This document shows, in pieces, positions 19,012 through 28,116 of a stretch of DNA of 64,000 bases. Under the pieces are notes generated by a model. It ran no database searches. It had not been told where the DNA came from and saw only the letters and a program-made list of their open reading frames with translations. Within the stretch, counting starts at the first letter, position 1. The number at the start of each line of letters is the position of its first letter. This DNA is from an uncultured Acidobacteriota bacterium. Lineage in GTDB: Bacteria > Acidobacteriota > Thermoanaerobaculia > Multivoradales > UBA5704. The stretch is taken from positions 1,568,001 through 1,632,000 of the forward strand of contig CAVYRF010000002.1 in assembly GCA_963770895.1 (NCBI GenBank). The letters are read 5' to 3'. Position numbers and translations under genes: made by a program.

Positions 19012-20805
19012 TTGAGGACGCGAGCGGCGACCGTCCTGGTGGTGCTGCTCGCCGCCGCCAACCTGGCGCTGGCTGCCGCCGCCTGGACCCGCCAGCCCTG
19101 GGCCAACGGGCCCGCCGAATGGCGCTGGCAGTTCGTCACCGCAGACGCCCCGGCTGCGGGCGTTCGGGCGGCGGCTGGCGCTCCCCCCGGCCAACCGGCG
19201 CCGGCGGCCGGGGCTCCCCAGGCGCCGACGGGGGGCGGATCGCCGGCCGCACCGTCGGCGGATCGATGGCGGGCTGGCGGTGCGCTCGCCGTGGCGCTGG
19301 TCGGGCTGGGCATCCTGACCGCGCGCCGCGACCGCGCCGCCGGACGCCTGGCCCTGGCGCTCGCCATCGCCTGCGGCGCCACATTCACCTTTGCGCTTGT
19401 CGCCCTGCAGCCCGGAGGGTTTGCGCGCGTCGTCGCTGCCCTGGTTTCTCGCAACAGCTTCGGCTACCTGTGGGATGCCGCCCTCGCACCGCCCAGCCGG
19501 GCTCTGCTTGCCGACTACCCCGCCGCCAGTGAAGGGCTGAACCAGCATTCCGTAACGCATCCCCCGGGCCCCATCCTGGCAGTCCGCGCTTTGGCGTGGA
19601 TCGATCACCTGCTGCCTCAGCCGGAGGGGCCGCCCCGCGACGGCGCGGCTGCGGGGCCGCAGCGGGCGCCTGCCGGCGCGAGCGGCGCGGAGGAAACCGC
19701 GGCAAACGCGGGCGCACCAGCCATGAACGCGGCGACGCCGGGCCTGCCCGCCCTGGCCGCCGCCGCGGTCGCGCGGGAAGTCGAACGCGCCCGCAACCAC
19801 CGGCGGCCGGTGCCCGCGGCGCCGCCCGGCGCCTGGAGCGTCACCGCGTTCGCCCTGCTGCTGCCGCTGCTGTCTGCCCTGGCCGCCTGGCCGCTCTACC
19901 GCCTGGCCCTGGCCCTGGGCTGCGCGCCGCCCACCGCGCTGCTGGCCGCCCTGCTCTGGCTGCTGGTGCCCGCCCGTTCGCTCTTCACGCCCTCCTTCGA
20001 CCAGGCCCTGCCGCTGCCGCTGATCGGTGCCGCCGCCCTGGCCGCCGGCGCCGGCGCGGCCTGCGTTCAGCCCGCGCGCCGGGGCCGCGCGCTCTGCTGG
20101 CCTGCCGTCGCCGCGGGCCTGCTGCAGTTCGTCGCCTGCTTCCTCAGCTACGGCAGCCTGCCGATGCTGCCGCTCATCCTGGCCATCGCCCTCGCCACGG
20201 CCATCGCCATCGCCGCGGCCGGCGCAAGCGCCGCCGCCACGGCCCGTCCAGACGGCTGGATGTCGACCGCCGTCCGCCAGGCGCGCCTGGCGCGCAGGAT
20301 CCAGCCGCGCCTGTGGTGGTCGCTTGCCCTGGGCTTTGCCCTGCCCTACCTGGCGCTGGCGGCGCTGGGCCACAACCCCGTCCAGGCGCTGCGCGCCGCG
20401 CTCGCCCTGCACCGCCAGATCGCCGTCGAGCCGCGCAGCTACGGCACCTGGCTGCTGTGGAACCCCTACGACTTCGCCCTGCTCCTTTCGCCTGCCATCC
20501 TCGGCCTGGCCGCCATGGCGCTGTCTCCCCGCGCCGCCGGCACCGAAGATCCGCCCCCGCCCCGTTGCAAGGCTCTGCTGCTGCCCGCCTGGACCTGGTG
20601 CGGCCTGCTGGCGCTGCTCTGGATCTCCGGCAGCGTGCGCGGCGAAGTCGGCAGGATCTGGCTCCCCTGGATGCCCTTCGCCTGCCTGTTTGCCGCCGCG
20701 ATCCTGGCGCACCGGCGCCCCCGCGGCCTGCTTGTGGTCTTCGTCGTCGCCACCCTGGCCGCCCTGACGCTGGCCCTGGCCGGCAGCATGGTTTTCGTGG
20801 GCTGA
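19012..20805 (+). CDS. Polytopic membrane protein, probable GT-C fold glycosyltransferase
   Basis: NGP.EW.W, THPPGP, F.P.FDQ and GEVGRIW motifs with about 11 hydrophobic segments; TTG start after AGGAGA (start uncertain). Confidence 0.55.
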   Translation: MRTRAATVLVVLLAAANLALAAAAWTRQPWANGPAEWRWQFVTADAPAAGVRAAAGAPPGQPAPAAGAPQAPTGGGSPAAPSADRWRAGGALAVALVGLGILTARRDRAAGRLALALAIACGATFTFALVALQPGGFARVVAALVSRNSFGYLWDAALAPPSRALLADYPAASEGLNQHSVTHPPGPILAVRALAWIDHLLPQPEGPPRDGAAAGPQRAPAGASGAEETAANAGAPAMNAATPGLPALAAAAVAREVERARNHRRPVPAAPPGAWSVTAFALLLPLLSALAAWPLYRLALALGCAPPTALLAALLWLLVPARSLFTPSFDQALPLPLIGAAALAAGAGAACVQPARRGRALCWPAVAAGLLQFVACFLSYGSLPMLPLILAIALATAIAIAAAGASAAATARPDGWMSTAVRQARLARRIQPRLWWSLALGFALPYLALAALGHNPVQALRAALALHRQIAVEPRSYGTWLLWNPYDFALLLSPAILGLAAMALSPRAAGTEDPPPPRCKALLLPAWTWCGLLALLWISGSVRGEVGRIWLPWMPFACLFAAAILAHRRPRGLLVVFVVATLAALTLALAGSMVFVG

Positions 20806-20812
20806 ACGCAAA

Positions 20813-20842
20813 ACGTCCCGGAGGCGCAAGCCCCCGGGACGT
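20813..20842 (-). terminator. Intrinsic terminator between convergent genes
   Basis: ACGTCCCGGAGGC-GCAA-GCCCCCGGGACGT hairpin, followed by TTTT on the minus strand. Confidence 0.7.
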
Positions 20843-20919
20843 GATCGGTTGCGGTACGGCACCGGCCGCGGTTGCGGTCGAGCGCGCGACGGCGCTCGCG
20901 CAACGCGCCGCCGGCCGCG

Positions 20920-22272
20920 CTATTGCGGTGCGAGCACCACGCTCAGGTTGGCATAGCTCCATGTAACGGGCGGATAGTAGGCGCCGTCGCCGATTCCGGT
21001 CTGGCCGAAGTCGAGCTCCAGCGGGTTGCTGTTGGCGCTCATGTCGAGCCACTGGGCGGGGCCGGCGATGGTATAGATCACCGCACCGCCGGAGGAAACC
21101 TGCAGCTGGCACTGGCGGATGGTCAGGTCGTAGGTCAGGGTCAGGTGATAGGAGCTGTTCGACTTCCAGGGTCCTTGGGTGCGTGCGAAATCATTCTCGA
21201 TACCGAGGTCCAGGATCGTCTTGCTGTTGCGATTGACGATCTGGATGGCACAGAACGGCTCGCGCAGGGCGCGCTGATTGGAAGGGCGGCGGAACGCCAT
21301 GACGCCGGTGAACAGCCCGACCGGGAAGGTGCCGATATGGAGATCGAAATCGACCGTCGCCTTCTTGTACGCGACACCCACCGGCGCCGGCAGCGTGTAC
21401 AGCTGCTCCGAATCGGCCTGCGTCGCGGTCAGGAACGTCCCCGGCACGTCAAACGTCACGTCGCCGGCGCCGGTGGGACCGCTGCCGCCACCGCCGGCCG
21501 CGAGAGGCGGACCGATGGTGCCGGACAGGTCCGTGGACGGACCGACCACGGTGATCGCGGGTCCGCCCGGCGTGTACACCGTCGCAAAGGCATAGAACGG
21601 CTGGTTGCAGGTGGCCACGATGCGGGCGTCGCTCGCCGCGGATTCGCCCACCGCCGACAGCACGTCCGGGAAATCGCGGCGCGAAAACGTCGTCACCGAC
21701 AGCGTCGCCGGCGCCGCCAGCAGCCCGCCGGTCGATGCGAACGCCGCCACCGTGCACTGGGCCGCGGCCGAACCGAGATTGACCAGCGAATAGTCGGTGA
21801 TCGTCCCCGTCGCGGCGCGCTGCAGCCCCTGCACCTCCAGCATGCCGCCCGCCGCCGTCGCCGTCTGCTGGGTGATGGTCGGCAGGCTGGCGATGCCCAC
21901 CAGGTTGCCGTTGGCGTCCGACACCTCCATCCGCGCGCCCACCAGCAACAGGGTGGTGGCGCTGTTGACCGCCAGCAGGCCGGTCTGGCCCTGGGGCGCG
22001 ACACCGGCCAGCACCGTGGTGCCGCTCGCCGCCGCGAAGATGTTGCCTGAGGGTGGCGCGGTCGTGCCGTCGGTGCCTTCCTGGATGAAGGTGGTGGTGA
22101 AGTGGTGGGTGGCCGTGTCGGGGTTGGTGACCCAGACCTTGGTGGCGTAGTTGGCGCCCTGAATGGACGTGTTGCTGGCCAGCGGCACGAACACCGTGCC
22201 GGCCGACGCAGGGGCCGCCAGCGCCCCGAGGATAGGGAGCAGCAGCGCCAGGGGAGCTTGCAACTTTTTCAC
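20920..22272 (-). CDS. Secreted beta-rich hypothetical protein
   Basis: GTG at 22272 after AGGAGG; signal peptide MKKLQAPLALLLPILGALAAPASA; Thr/Ser-rich beta domains joined by a Gly linker. Confidence 0.75.
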   Translation of the reverse strand: MKKLQAPLALLLPILGALAAPASAGTVFVPLASNTSIQGANYATKVWVTNPDTATHHFTTTFIQEGTDGTTAPPSGNIFAAASGTTVLAGVAPQGQTGLLAVNSATTLLLVGARMEVSDANGNLVGIASLPTITQQTATAAGGMLEVQGLQRAATGTITDYSLVNLGSAAAQCTVAAFASTGGLLAAPATLSVTTFSRRDFPDVLSAVGESAASDARIVATCNQPFYAFATVYTPGGPAITVVGPSTDLSGTIGPPLAAGGGGSGPTGAGDVTFDVPGTFLTATQADSEQLYTLPAPVGVAYKKATVDFDLHIGTFPVGLFTGVMAFRRPSNQRALREPFCAIQIVNRNSKTILDLGIENDFARTQGPWKSNSSYHLTLTYDLTIRQCQLQVSSGGAVIYTIAGPAQWLDMSANSNPLELDFGQTGIGDGAYYPPVTWSYANLSVVLAPQ

Positions 22273-22507
22273 TGCGATCCTCCTGTGAGTCTGGGGGCAC
22301 GGCACGTTCATCCGTCCCCCGTCGATGGGCCTGCGGGCCTGGGGCGCAAATTTGCTCCGCATTCTAAGATACACGGCGTCTCTATGCAATCAAAAATGTG
22401 CAATCCCGGCAGCGCGTCCGGCGCGCCAGCTGCCGTCATGGTGTGTCGCCCGCGGTGGGCGAGCTGCGCCGCGAGAGGGCAGGGGGTGCCCTCTCGCGGT
22501 CACAGGG

Positions 22508-22687
22508 TCAGCAGTAGATGCTGCTGCAGGTGTTGCGGGAATTGCAGGTGCAGCCGCAACCCGCGGTGCCGCCGGGGTTGATGGAGGTGGTGCCGGCGCC
22601 GCCGATCACGGTCGACAGGGGCTGATCGAGCTGGCACAGGGTCTCGGTGGCGAGCTGCAGCTTCTGTTCTCTAGACTTCCTCTTCAT
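22508..22687 (-). CDS. Putative RiPP (lanthipeptide-type) precursor, 59 aa
   Basis: ATG after AGGAGA; leader MKRKSREQKLQLATETLCQLDQPLSTVIGG (KLxLxxETL motif, double-Gly end); 29-aa core with 9 Ser/Thr and 5 Cys. Confidence 0.75.
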   Translation of the reverse strand: MKRKSREQKLQLATETLCQLDQPLSTVIGGAGTTSINPGGTAGCGCTCNSRNTCSSIYC

Positions 22688-22978
22688 GGCAGGGTCTCCT
22701 CGTAAAAATCGTGGAAGCGGATGCAATCCACGAAAACATGCGATCGCGAATCAATAAAAATAAGTGTTCTCGGCGTCAGTTTCAGGGACGCCGGCCGGCG
22801 TGTTGCCGTGACCGCCGGGTTGCAGAGCGACGCGTTCACGACTACCCTATTGGGCCGGCAATGGGGCCGCGCTCTGCCCGCGCAGAGCAGATCAAGCCCG
22901 GCGCCAGGTTGCAGAACCGTCGCAGGTGCGCAAGCAGCTCCGATCCAGCGTCGAAAGGTCGAGGAAAGCAAAAAAACG

Positions 22979-23500
22979 ATGCCCGAGGTCAGCGAGGTCG
23001 CGATGACGGCGCCCGCCGCCCCCGTCCCACCGGTGTGGGACTGGCGGGCGGCCGCAGGCCCGGCGCGCACGGCCGGCGCCGGCGGCGCCACTCCGGGCAG
23101 CGCCGCCGCGGCGCGCGCCGCCCGCGTGCAGGGGGCGATCGGCGGCGCCGTCGGCTTGGGCGTCGCCGCGGCGCTGGCCCTGCTGCTGCACCGCCGCGGC
23201 ATGGCGATGGTGGTGGCGGCCGTGGCCGTGGCCGTCGCGCTGTGCGCCCTGCTGTCTCCGCTCGGCCTCTATCGCGGTTTGCGCCGCGCGCTCGACCGCT
23301 TCGGGTCGGGGGTCGGCACGGTGGTGACCTGGCTGACGATGACGCTGGTTTTCTACCTGATGTTCGTGCCGGTCGGTCTCATCCTGCGGGCCGCCGGCAA
23401 GCTCTCGTTGACCCGTTTCGCGGACCCGTCGCGAGCCACCTACTGGACGCCGACGGACGACCGGCCCCACACCGCCGACTCCTACCGCAAGCAGTTCTGA
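22979..23500 (+). CDS. SxtJ-like membrane protein
   Basis: TM segments, then LVFYLMFVPVGLILR..GK......TYW.........YRKQF, typical of SxtJ-like proteins; adjacent to the carbamoyltransferase. Confidence 0.75.
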   Translation: MPEVSEVAMTAPAAPVPPVWDWRAAAGPARTAGAGGATPGSAAAARAARVQGAIGGAVGLGVAAALALLLHRRGMAMVVAAVAVAVALCALLSPLGLYRGLRRALDRFGSGVGTVVTWLTMTLVFYLMFVPVGLILRAAGKLSLTRFADPSRATYWTPTDDRPHTADSYRKQF

Positions 23501-23501
23501 C

Positions 23502-25358
23502 GTGAAGCTCCTGGGCATCAGCTGCTACTACCACGATTCGGCGGCCTGCCTGATCGACGGCGGCCGCATCGTCGCCGCCGCGCAGGAGGAGCGCTTCACC
23601 CGCATCAAGCACGACAGCGCGTTTCCCACCAACGCGGTGCGCTACTGCCTGGCCGAGGCGGCGGCCGGCGGACCGGCGATCCAGCGCCTGGACGGCGTGG
23701 TGTTCTACGACAAGCCGCTGCTCAAGTTCCACCGCATCCTGGAAACCTACCTGGCGGTGGCGCCGCGCGGCCTGCGCTCCGCCGTGCAGGCGGTGCCGCT
23801 GTGGCTGCGCGAAAAGCTGTGGATCCCGCCGCGCATCGAAGAGGCGCTGGAAGCCTGCGGCGTCGCGGAGCCGGCGGACATCTACTTTACCGAGCATCAC
23901 GAATCGCACGCCGCGAGCGCCTTCTACCCCTCGCCCTTCGACGAGGCGGCGGTGCTCACCCTGGACGGCGTGGGCGAATGGGCGACCACCACGATCGGCG
24001 TCGGCGAAGGCGAAAAGCTGCGGCTGATCCGTGAGATGACCTTCCCGCATTCGCTGGGGCTGCTGTACTCGGCGTTCACCTACTTCACCGGCTTCAAGGT
24101 CAACTCCGGCGAATACAAGCTGATGGGGCTCGCCCCCTACGGCACGCCGCGCTATGCCGACACGATCAAGAACAAGCTCCTGGACCTCAAGGACGACGGC
24201 TCCTTCCGCATGAACATGGAGTACTTCGGCTACCTCGACGGCCTGGCGATGACCAACGACCGCTTCGCCGCCCTGTTCGGCGGCCCGCCGCGGCAACCGG
24301 AGTCGCCGATCGGCCAGCGCGAGATGGACCTGGCGCGCTCCATCCAGGAGGTCACCGAAGAGATCGTGCTGAGGCTCGCCCGCCACGCGCGCGAGCTGAC
24401 CGGCAAGCGCCACCTGTGCATGGCCGGCGGCGTGGCGCTCAACTGCGTCGCCAACGGCATCCTGCTGCGCGCCGGCATCTTCGACGACGTCTGGATTCAA
24501 CCGGCGGCCGGCGACGCCGGGGGCGCGCTGGGAGCGCCGCTGGCGCTGTGGCACAACGCCATGGGCAAGCCGCGCGTCACGGTCAGCGGCCAGGCGGGCA
24601 CGCGGCGCGATCTGATGCAGGGCGCCCTGCTGGGCCCCGACTTCACGCCGGCGCAGATCCGCGCCTACCTGGACGAGCAGGGCCTGCCCTACGAAGAGCT
24701 GGCCGACGCCGACTGGGCGCCGCGCATCGCCGCGGTGATCGCCGCGGACGCGGTGGTCGGCCTGTGCCACGGCCGCATGGAGTTCGGCCCGCGGGCGCTG
24801 GGCAACCGCTCGATCGTCGGCGACGCCCGCTCGCCCCGCATGCAGTCGATCATGAACCTGAAGATCAAGTACCGCGAGAGCTTCCGCCCGTTCGCGCCCA
24901 GCGTCCTCGAAGAGCGCGTCGGCGACTACTTCGAGCTGGACCGGCCCTCGCCCTACATGCTGCTGGTGGCCGACGTGGTCGCGGGGCGGCGCCTGCCGCG
25001 GCGCGGCGACGAAGAATCGCTGCCGCTGGTCGAGTGGGTCAACCGCCCGCGCTCGGACATCCCCGCCATCACCCACGTCGACTACTCGGCGCGCATCCAG
25101 ACCGTCAGCCACGAAGAGAACCCGCGCTATCATGCATTGCTGCGCGAGTTCGAGCGGCGCACCGGCTACGGCGTGATCGTCAACACCAGCTTCAACGTGC
25201 GCGGCGAACCGATCGTCTGCACTCCCGAAGACGCCTACCGCTGCTTCATGCGCACCGAGATGGACTACCTGGTCCTGGGGCCGTTTCTGCTCGACAAGAA
25301 AGCCCAGCCGGCCTACGCCGACCGCGGCAACTGGCGTCAGGACTACCAGCTGGACTGA
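23502..25358 (+). CDS. O-carbamoyltransferase (NodU/CmcH/SxtI family)
   Basis: LGISCYYHDSAA, QEERFTRIKHD, HHESHAASAF, EYKLMGLAPYG, AGGVALNC, EFGPRALGNRS, RESFRPFAP, NTSFNVRGEPIV. Confidence 0.96.
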   Translation: MKLLGISCYYHDSAACLIDGGRIVAAAQEERFTRIKHDSAFPTNAVRYCLAEAAAGGPAIQRLDGVVFYDKPLLKFHRILETYLAVAPRGLRSAVQAVPLWLREKLWIPPRIEEALEACGVAEPADIYFTEHHESHAASAFYPSPFDEAAVLTLDGVGEWATTTIGVGEGEKLRLIREMTFPHSLGLLYSAFTYFTGFKVNSGEYKLMGLAPYGTPRYADTIKNKLLDLKDDGSFRMNMEYFGYLDGLAMTNDRFAALFGGPPRQPESPIGQREMDLARSIQEVTEEIVLRLARHARELTGKRHLCMAGGVALNCVANGILLRAGIFDDVWIQPAAGDAGGALGAPLALWHNAMGKPRVTVSGQAGTRRDLMQGALLGPDFTPAQIRAYLDEQGLPYEELADADWAPRIAAVIAADAVVGLCHGRMEFGPRALGNRSIVGDARSPRMQSIMNLKIKYRESFRPFAPSVLEERVGDYFELDRPSPYMLLVADVVAGRRLPRRGDEESLPLVEWVNRPRSDIPAITHVDYSARIQTVSHEENPRYHALLREFERRTGYGVIVNTSFNVRGEPIVCTPEDAYRCFMRTEMDYLVLGPFLLDKKAQPAYADRGNWRQDYQLD

Positions 25359-25427
25359 GTGCAACTCCCACTGGCGCCGGTCGCCCGTTGCCCACCGCCG
25401 CCAGCAAAGCCTGAGGGAACCGCAACC

Positions 25428-25592
25428 ATGCGCAAGTTTCGCTACGTCGGCTCGATTGCCAGCGAGATCTTCCAGTTCGCCCGCCAGCATAAGGTGTACT
25501 GGATCGTGCCGTTTGTCCTCATCCTGGCGTTGGTGATCGTGCTGGTGCTGACCAGCCAGGCGGCGGCGCCGTTCATCTACACGCTGTTCTGA
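25428..25592 (+). CDS. SxtK-like / DUF5989 small membrane protein (54 aa)
   Basis: K.YWIVP..hydrophobic stretch..AAPFIYTLF C-terminus diagnostic of the family; ATG after GAGGGA. Confidence 0.88.
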   Translation: MRKFRYVGSIASEIFQFARQHKVYWIVPFVLILALVIVLVLTSQAAAPFIYTLF

Positions 25593-25609
25593 GGCCGCTG
25601 CTGACGCCC

Positions 25610-26833
25610 CTGTCCGCAGCACCGTCTCCTCCTCCCCGCCGCGGCGGCGGCCGGGCGGCCAAGCTGGCCCTTGCCGCCGCCTCCGCCCTGTTCGCGCTGC
25701 TGCTCGGCGAGGCGGCGCTGCGCATCGCCGGCGTCGCCTATCCCAACTTCTACGGCCCCGACGCCGACCGCGGCTGGGGCCTGCGGCCGGGCGCCGAAGG
25801 CTGGTGGCGCAAGGAGGGCCTGGCCTGGGTGCGGATCAGCAGCGCCGGCCTGCGCGACGTCGAGCACGCCCGCCCCAAACCCCCCGGCCACCTGCGCATC
25901 GCGGTGCTCGGCGATTCCTGCGCCGAAGCGCTGCAGGTGCCGATCGAGCAGACGTTCTGGAAGCTGCTGGAGCGCCAGCTGGCGAGCTGCCCGGCGGTCG
26001 CCGGCAGGACCGTGGAAGCCATCGATTTCGGCGTCGCCGGCTACGGCACGGCGCAGGAGCTGCTGACCCTGCGGCGCGACGTCTTCGCCTTCCAGCCCGA
26101 CGTCGTGCTGCTCGCCTTCTACCCCGGCAACGACGTGCGCAACAACGCACGGCAGCTCGAACAGGACCCGCTGCGCCCCTACTTCACGCTCGACGCCGGC
26201 GGCCGCCTGGCGCTCGACGACGCCTTCCGCGACACCCTGGGCTACCGGCTCCGCCGCGGCGTCGCCGGCCGCGTCGCCTACGCCGCCTACGACCACGTGC
26301 GGCTGCTGCAGGTCGCCAAGGAGGGCAAGTCCGTCGTCGACGGCTGGATCGGCGCCGCCAGGGCGCGCACCAAGGAGCAGGGCGCGGCGCTGCAGGAGCT
26401 GGGACTGGACAACGCGGTCTACGCGCCGCCCAAGGACCAGGACTGGCGCGACGCCTGGCGCGTCACCGAGGCGCTGATCGCCGCCATGCGCGACCAGGCC
26501 ACCGCCCACCGCGTGCCCTTCGGCGTGGTGCTGCTGTCGACCGGCATGCAGGTCCATCCCGACGCCGCGGTGCGCGATCAGTTCATGCGCAAGCTGGGGG
26601 TTGCCGATCTCTTCTATCCCGGCCGGCGGCTTGCCGCGTTTGCCGCCGGCGCCGGCATCCCGCTGCTCGACCTGGCGCCGCCGCTGGCGCAGCTGGCGTC
26701 CAGCCGGCGTCTTTTCCTGCACGGCTTTGCCAACACCGCTCCCGGCGACGGCCACTGGAACGCCAGCGGCCACGCCGCCGCCGCGCCGCTGATCGCCGAC
26801 TGGCTCTGCCGCCGTCTGCTGCCGCCGGCCTGA
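25610..26833 (+). CDS. Membrane-anchored SGNH/GDSL hydrolase family protein (start codon uncertain, possibly CTG)
   Basis: RIAVLGDS, GVAGYGT, GND and DGHWN blocks; the reading frame extends upstream of the track's GTG (25829) through a TM anchor ALLLGEAALR. Confidence 0.8.
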   Translation: MSAAPSPPPRRGGGRAAKLALAAASALFALLLGEAALRIAGVAYPNFYGPDADRGWGLRPGAEGWWRKEGLAWVRISSAGLRDVEHARPKPPGHLRIAVLGDSCAEALQVPIEQTFWKLLERQLASCPAVAGRTVEAIDFGVAGYGTAQELLTLRRDVFAFQPDVVLLAFYPGNDVRNNARQLEQDPLRPYFTLDAGGRLALDDAFRDTLGYRLRRGVAGRVAYAAYDHVRLLQVAKEGKSVVDGWIGAARARTKEQGAALQELGLDNAVYAPPKDQDWRDAWRVTEALIAAMRDQATAHRVPFGVVLLSTGMQVHPDAAVRDQFMRKLGVADLFYPGRRLAAFAAGAGIPLLDLAPPLAQLASSRRLFLHGFANTAPGDGHWNASGHAAAAPLIADWLCRRLLPPA

Positions 26834-26888
26834 GCCGGCCGCGCCCCCGCCTTGCCGGTTCGTCGTGGTTGCGCGAGAATAGGTGACC

Positions 26889-27365
26889 ATGCGCTTCAGG
26901 CCCGTTCACGGAATCGCCGCGGTCGTGCTGTTCATGGGTGTCGTCGTCGTGGCGGACATGGCCATGGACGGGCGCCTGGGTGAGACGTCTTCCTACGAGC
27001 GGGTCGTCGCCGGCCAGGACGGGGACGTCAGGATCGACCTGGCGGGCCTCGGACCGCAACAGGTCCGCTTCTTCCATTTCCTCAATCCCGCCAATCAAGA
27101 GGTCTGGTTCTTTGTCGGGCGCGATGCCACCGGCCAGGTGCAGGTGGCGTTCGACGCCGACGAAGTGTGCGCCAAGTCCAAGCGCGGCTTCCGGCACGAT
27201 GGCGAATGGATGGTCTGCAAGAAGTGCGACAAGTCCTTCCGCCTGTCCGAGGTCAATGCGGGCGGCGGCGGTTGCAAACCGGTGCCGCTGCCCCACCGCC
27301 TGGCGGGCAGCCAACTGCTGATCGCGCAGGCCGACGTGCTCGCCGGCTGGCGGCTCTTCCACTAG
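26889..27365 (+). CDS. DUF2318-like membrane-anchored Cys-motif (putative Fe-S) protein
   Basis: N-terminal TM; AFDADEVC....GF...GE.MVCKKC...F.......GGCKPVPL pattern. Confidence 0.75.
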   Translation: MRFRPVHGIAAVVLFMGVVVVADMAMDGRLGETSSYERVVAGQDGDVRIDLAGLGPQQVRFFHFLNPANQEVWFFVGRDATGQVQVAFDADEVCAKSKRGFRHDGEWMVCKKCDKSFRLSEVNAGGGGCKPVPLPHRLAGSQLLIAQADVLAGWRLFH

Positions 27366-27477
27366 TGGCCCGTGCCCCTGGCACCCTTCCCGCCCCGACC
27401 TGGAACTATCGTGAAATCAGAGCTTTGACGGAGCCACTCGGGATGGTATATCGTCGGGCGGTCCGGAAAGGATAGCC

Positions 27478-27972
27478 ATGTCCGCAGCCGACTTCGTGCT
27501 CTACGAAGAAGAGTTCAAACATCTGGAGGAGGCCCTGCGTCGTCTGCGGCAGGAGGCCAACGGCAAGGCCGTGTTCTTGATCGACAAGAACGGCCAGCAG
27601 ATCGCGGCTGCGGGTGAGATCGAGCAGTTTGACGTCACCTCCCTCGCCTCGCTGACCGCGGGCAATGTCGCCGCCACCGACGGGCTTGCCAAACTCATCG
27701 GCGAGCGGGAATTTTCAGTGCTGTTCCACGAAGGGCAGCAGGACCACATCCACATTTCGATCGTCGCCAAGCGCGCGATCCTGGTGGTGATCTTCGACGA
27801 CCGCTCTTCGCTCGGCCTGGTGCGGCTGCGCGTCAAGCGAGCCAACGGCGACCTCGAAAAGATCTTCGAGGTGATGGTGCAGAAGGGCGAGCGGGACGCC
27901 ATGGGGCCTTCCCATGCCAGCCCGTTCTCCGAGATTACCGACGACGATATCGACGCGCTTTTCGGGGAGTGA
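27478..27972 (+). CDS. mglB: MglB, Roadblock/LC7 GTPase-activating protein
   Basis: FLIDKNGQ, SLASLTAGNVAAT.GLAKLIGE.EF..LFHEG, SSLGLVRLRVK, C-terminal PFSEITDDDID.LF as in Myxococcus MglB. Confidence 0.95.
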   Translation: MSAADFVLYEEEFKHLEEALRRLRQEANGKAVFLIDKNGQQIAAAGEIEQFDVTSLASLTAGNVAATDGLAKLIGEREFSVLFHEGQQDHIHISIVAKRAILVVIFDDRSSLGLVRLRVKRANGDLEKIFEVMVQKGERDAMGPSHASPFSEITDDDIDALFGE

Positions 27973-28116
27973 TCGCGGCGCGAGCGCCCGAAGCGTGGCT
28001 CTGACATCCCGCATCCCGGCCTGTCTGGAATCGCGGTGGGACCCTCCGAGCAGGCACAGAGGCTCCATCCGGCCGCAATGGGGCGGGCAGTGCGGGTCAC
28101 GGCGTGAGGCAAGCGG

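Noticed and set aside
22979-26833. Saxitoxin biosynthesis cluster
   Set aside because: Only the widespread sxtI/J/K/L-like module is present; no sxtA, sxtG or other core genes.
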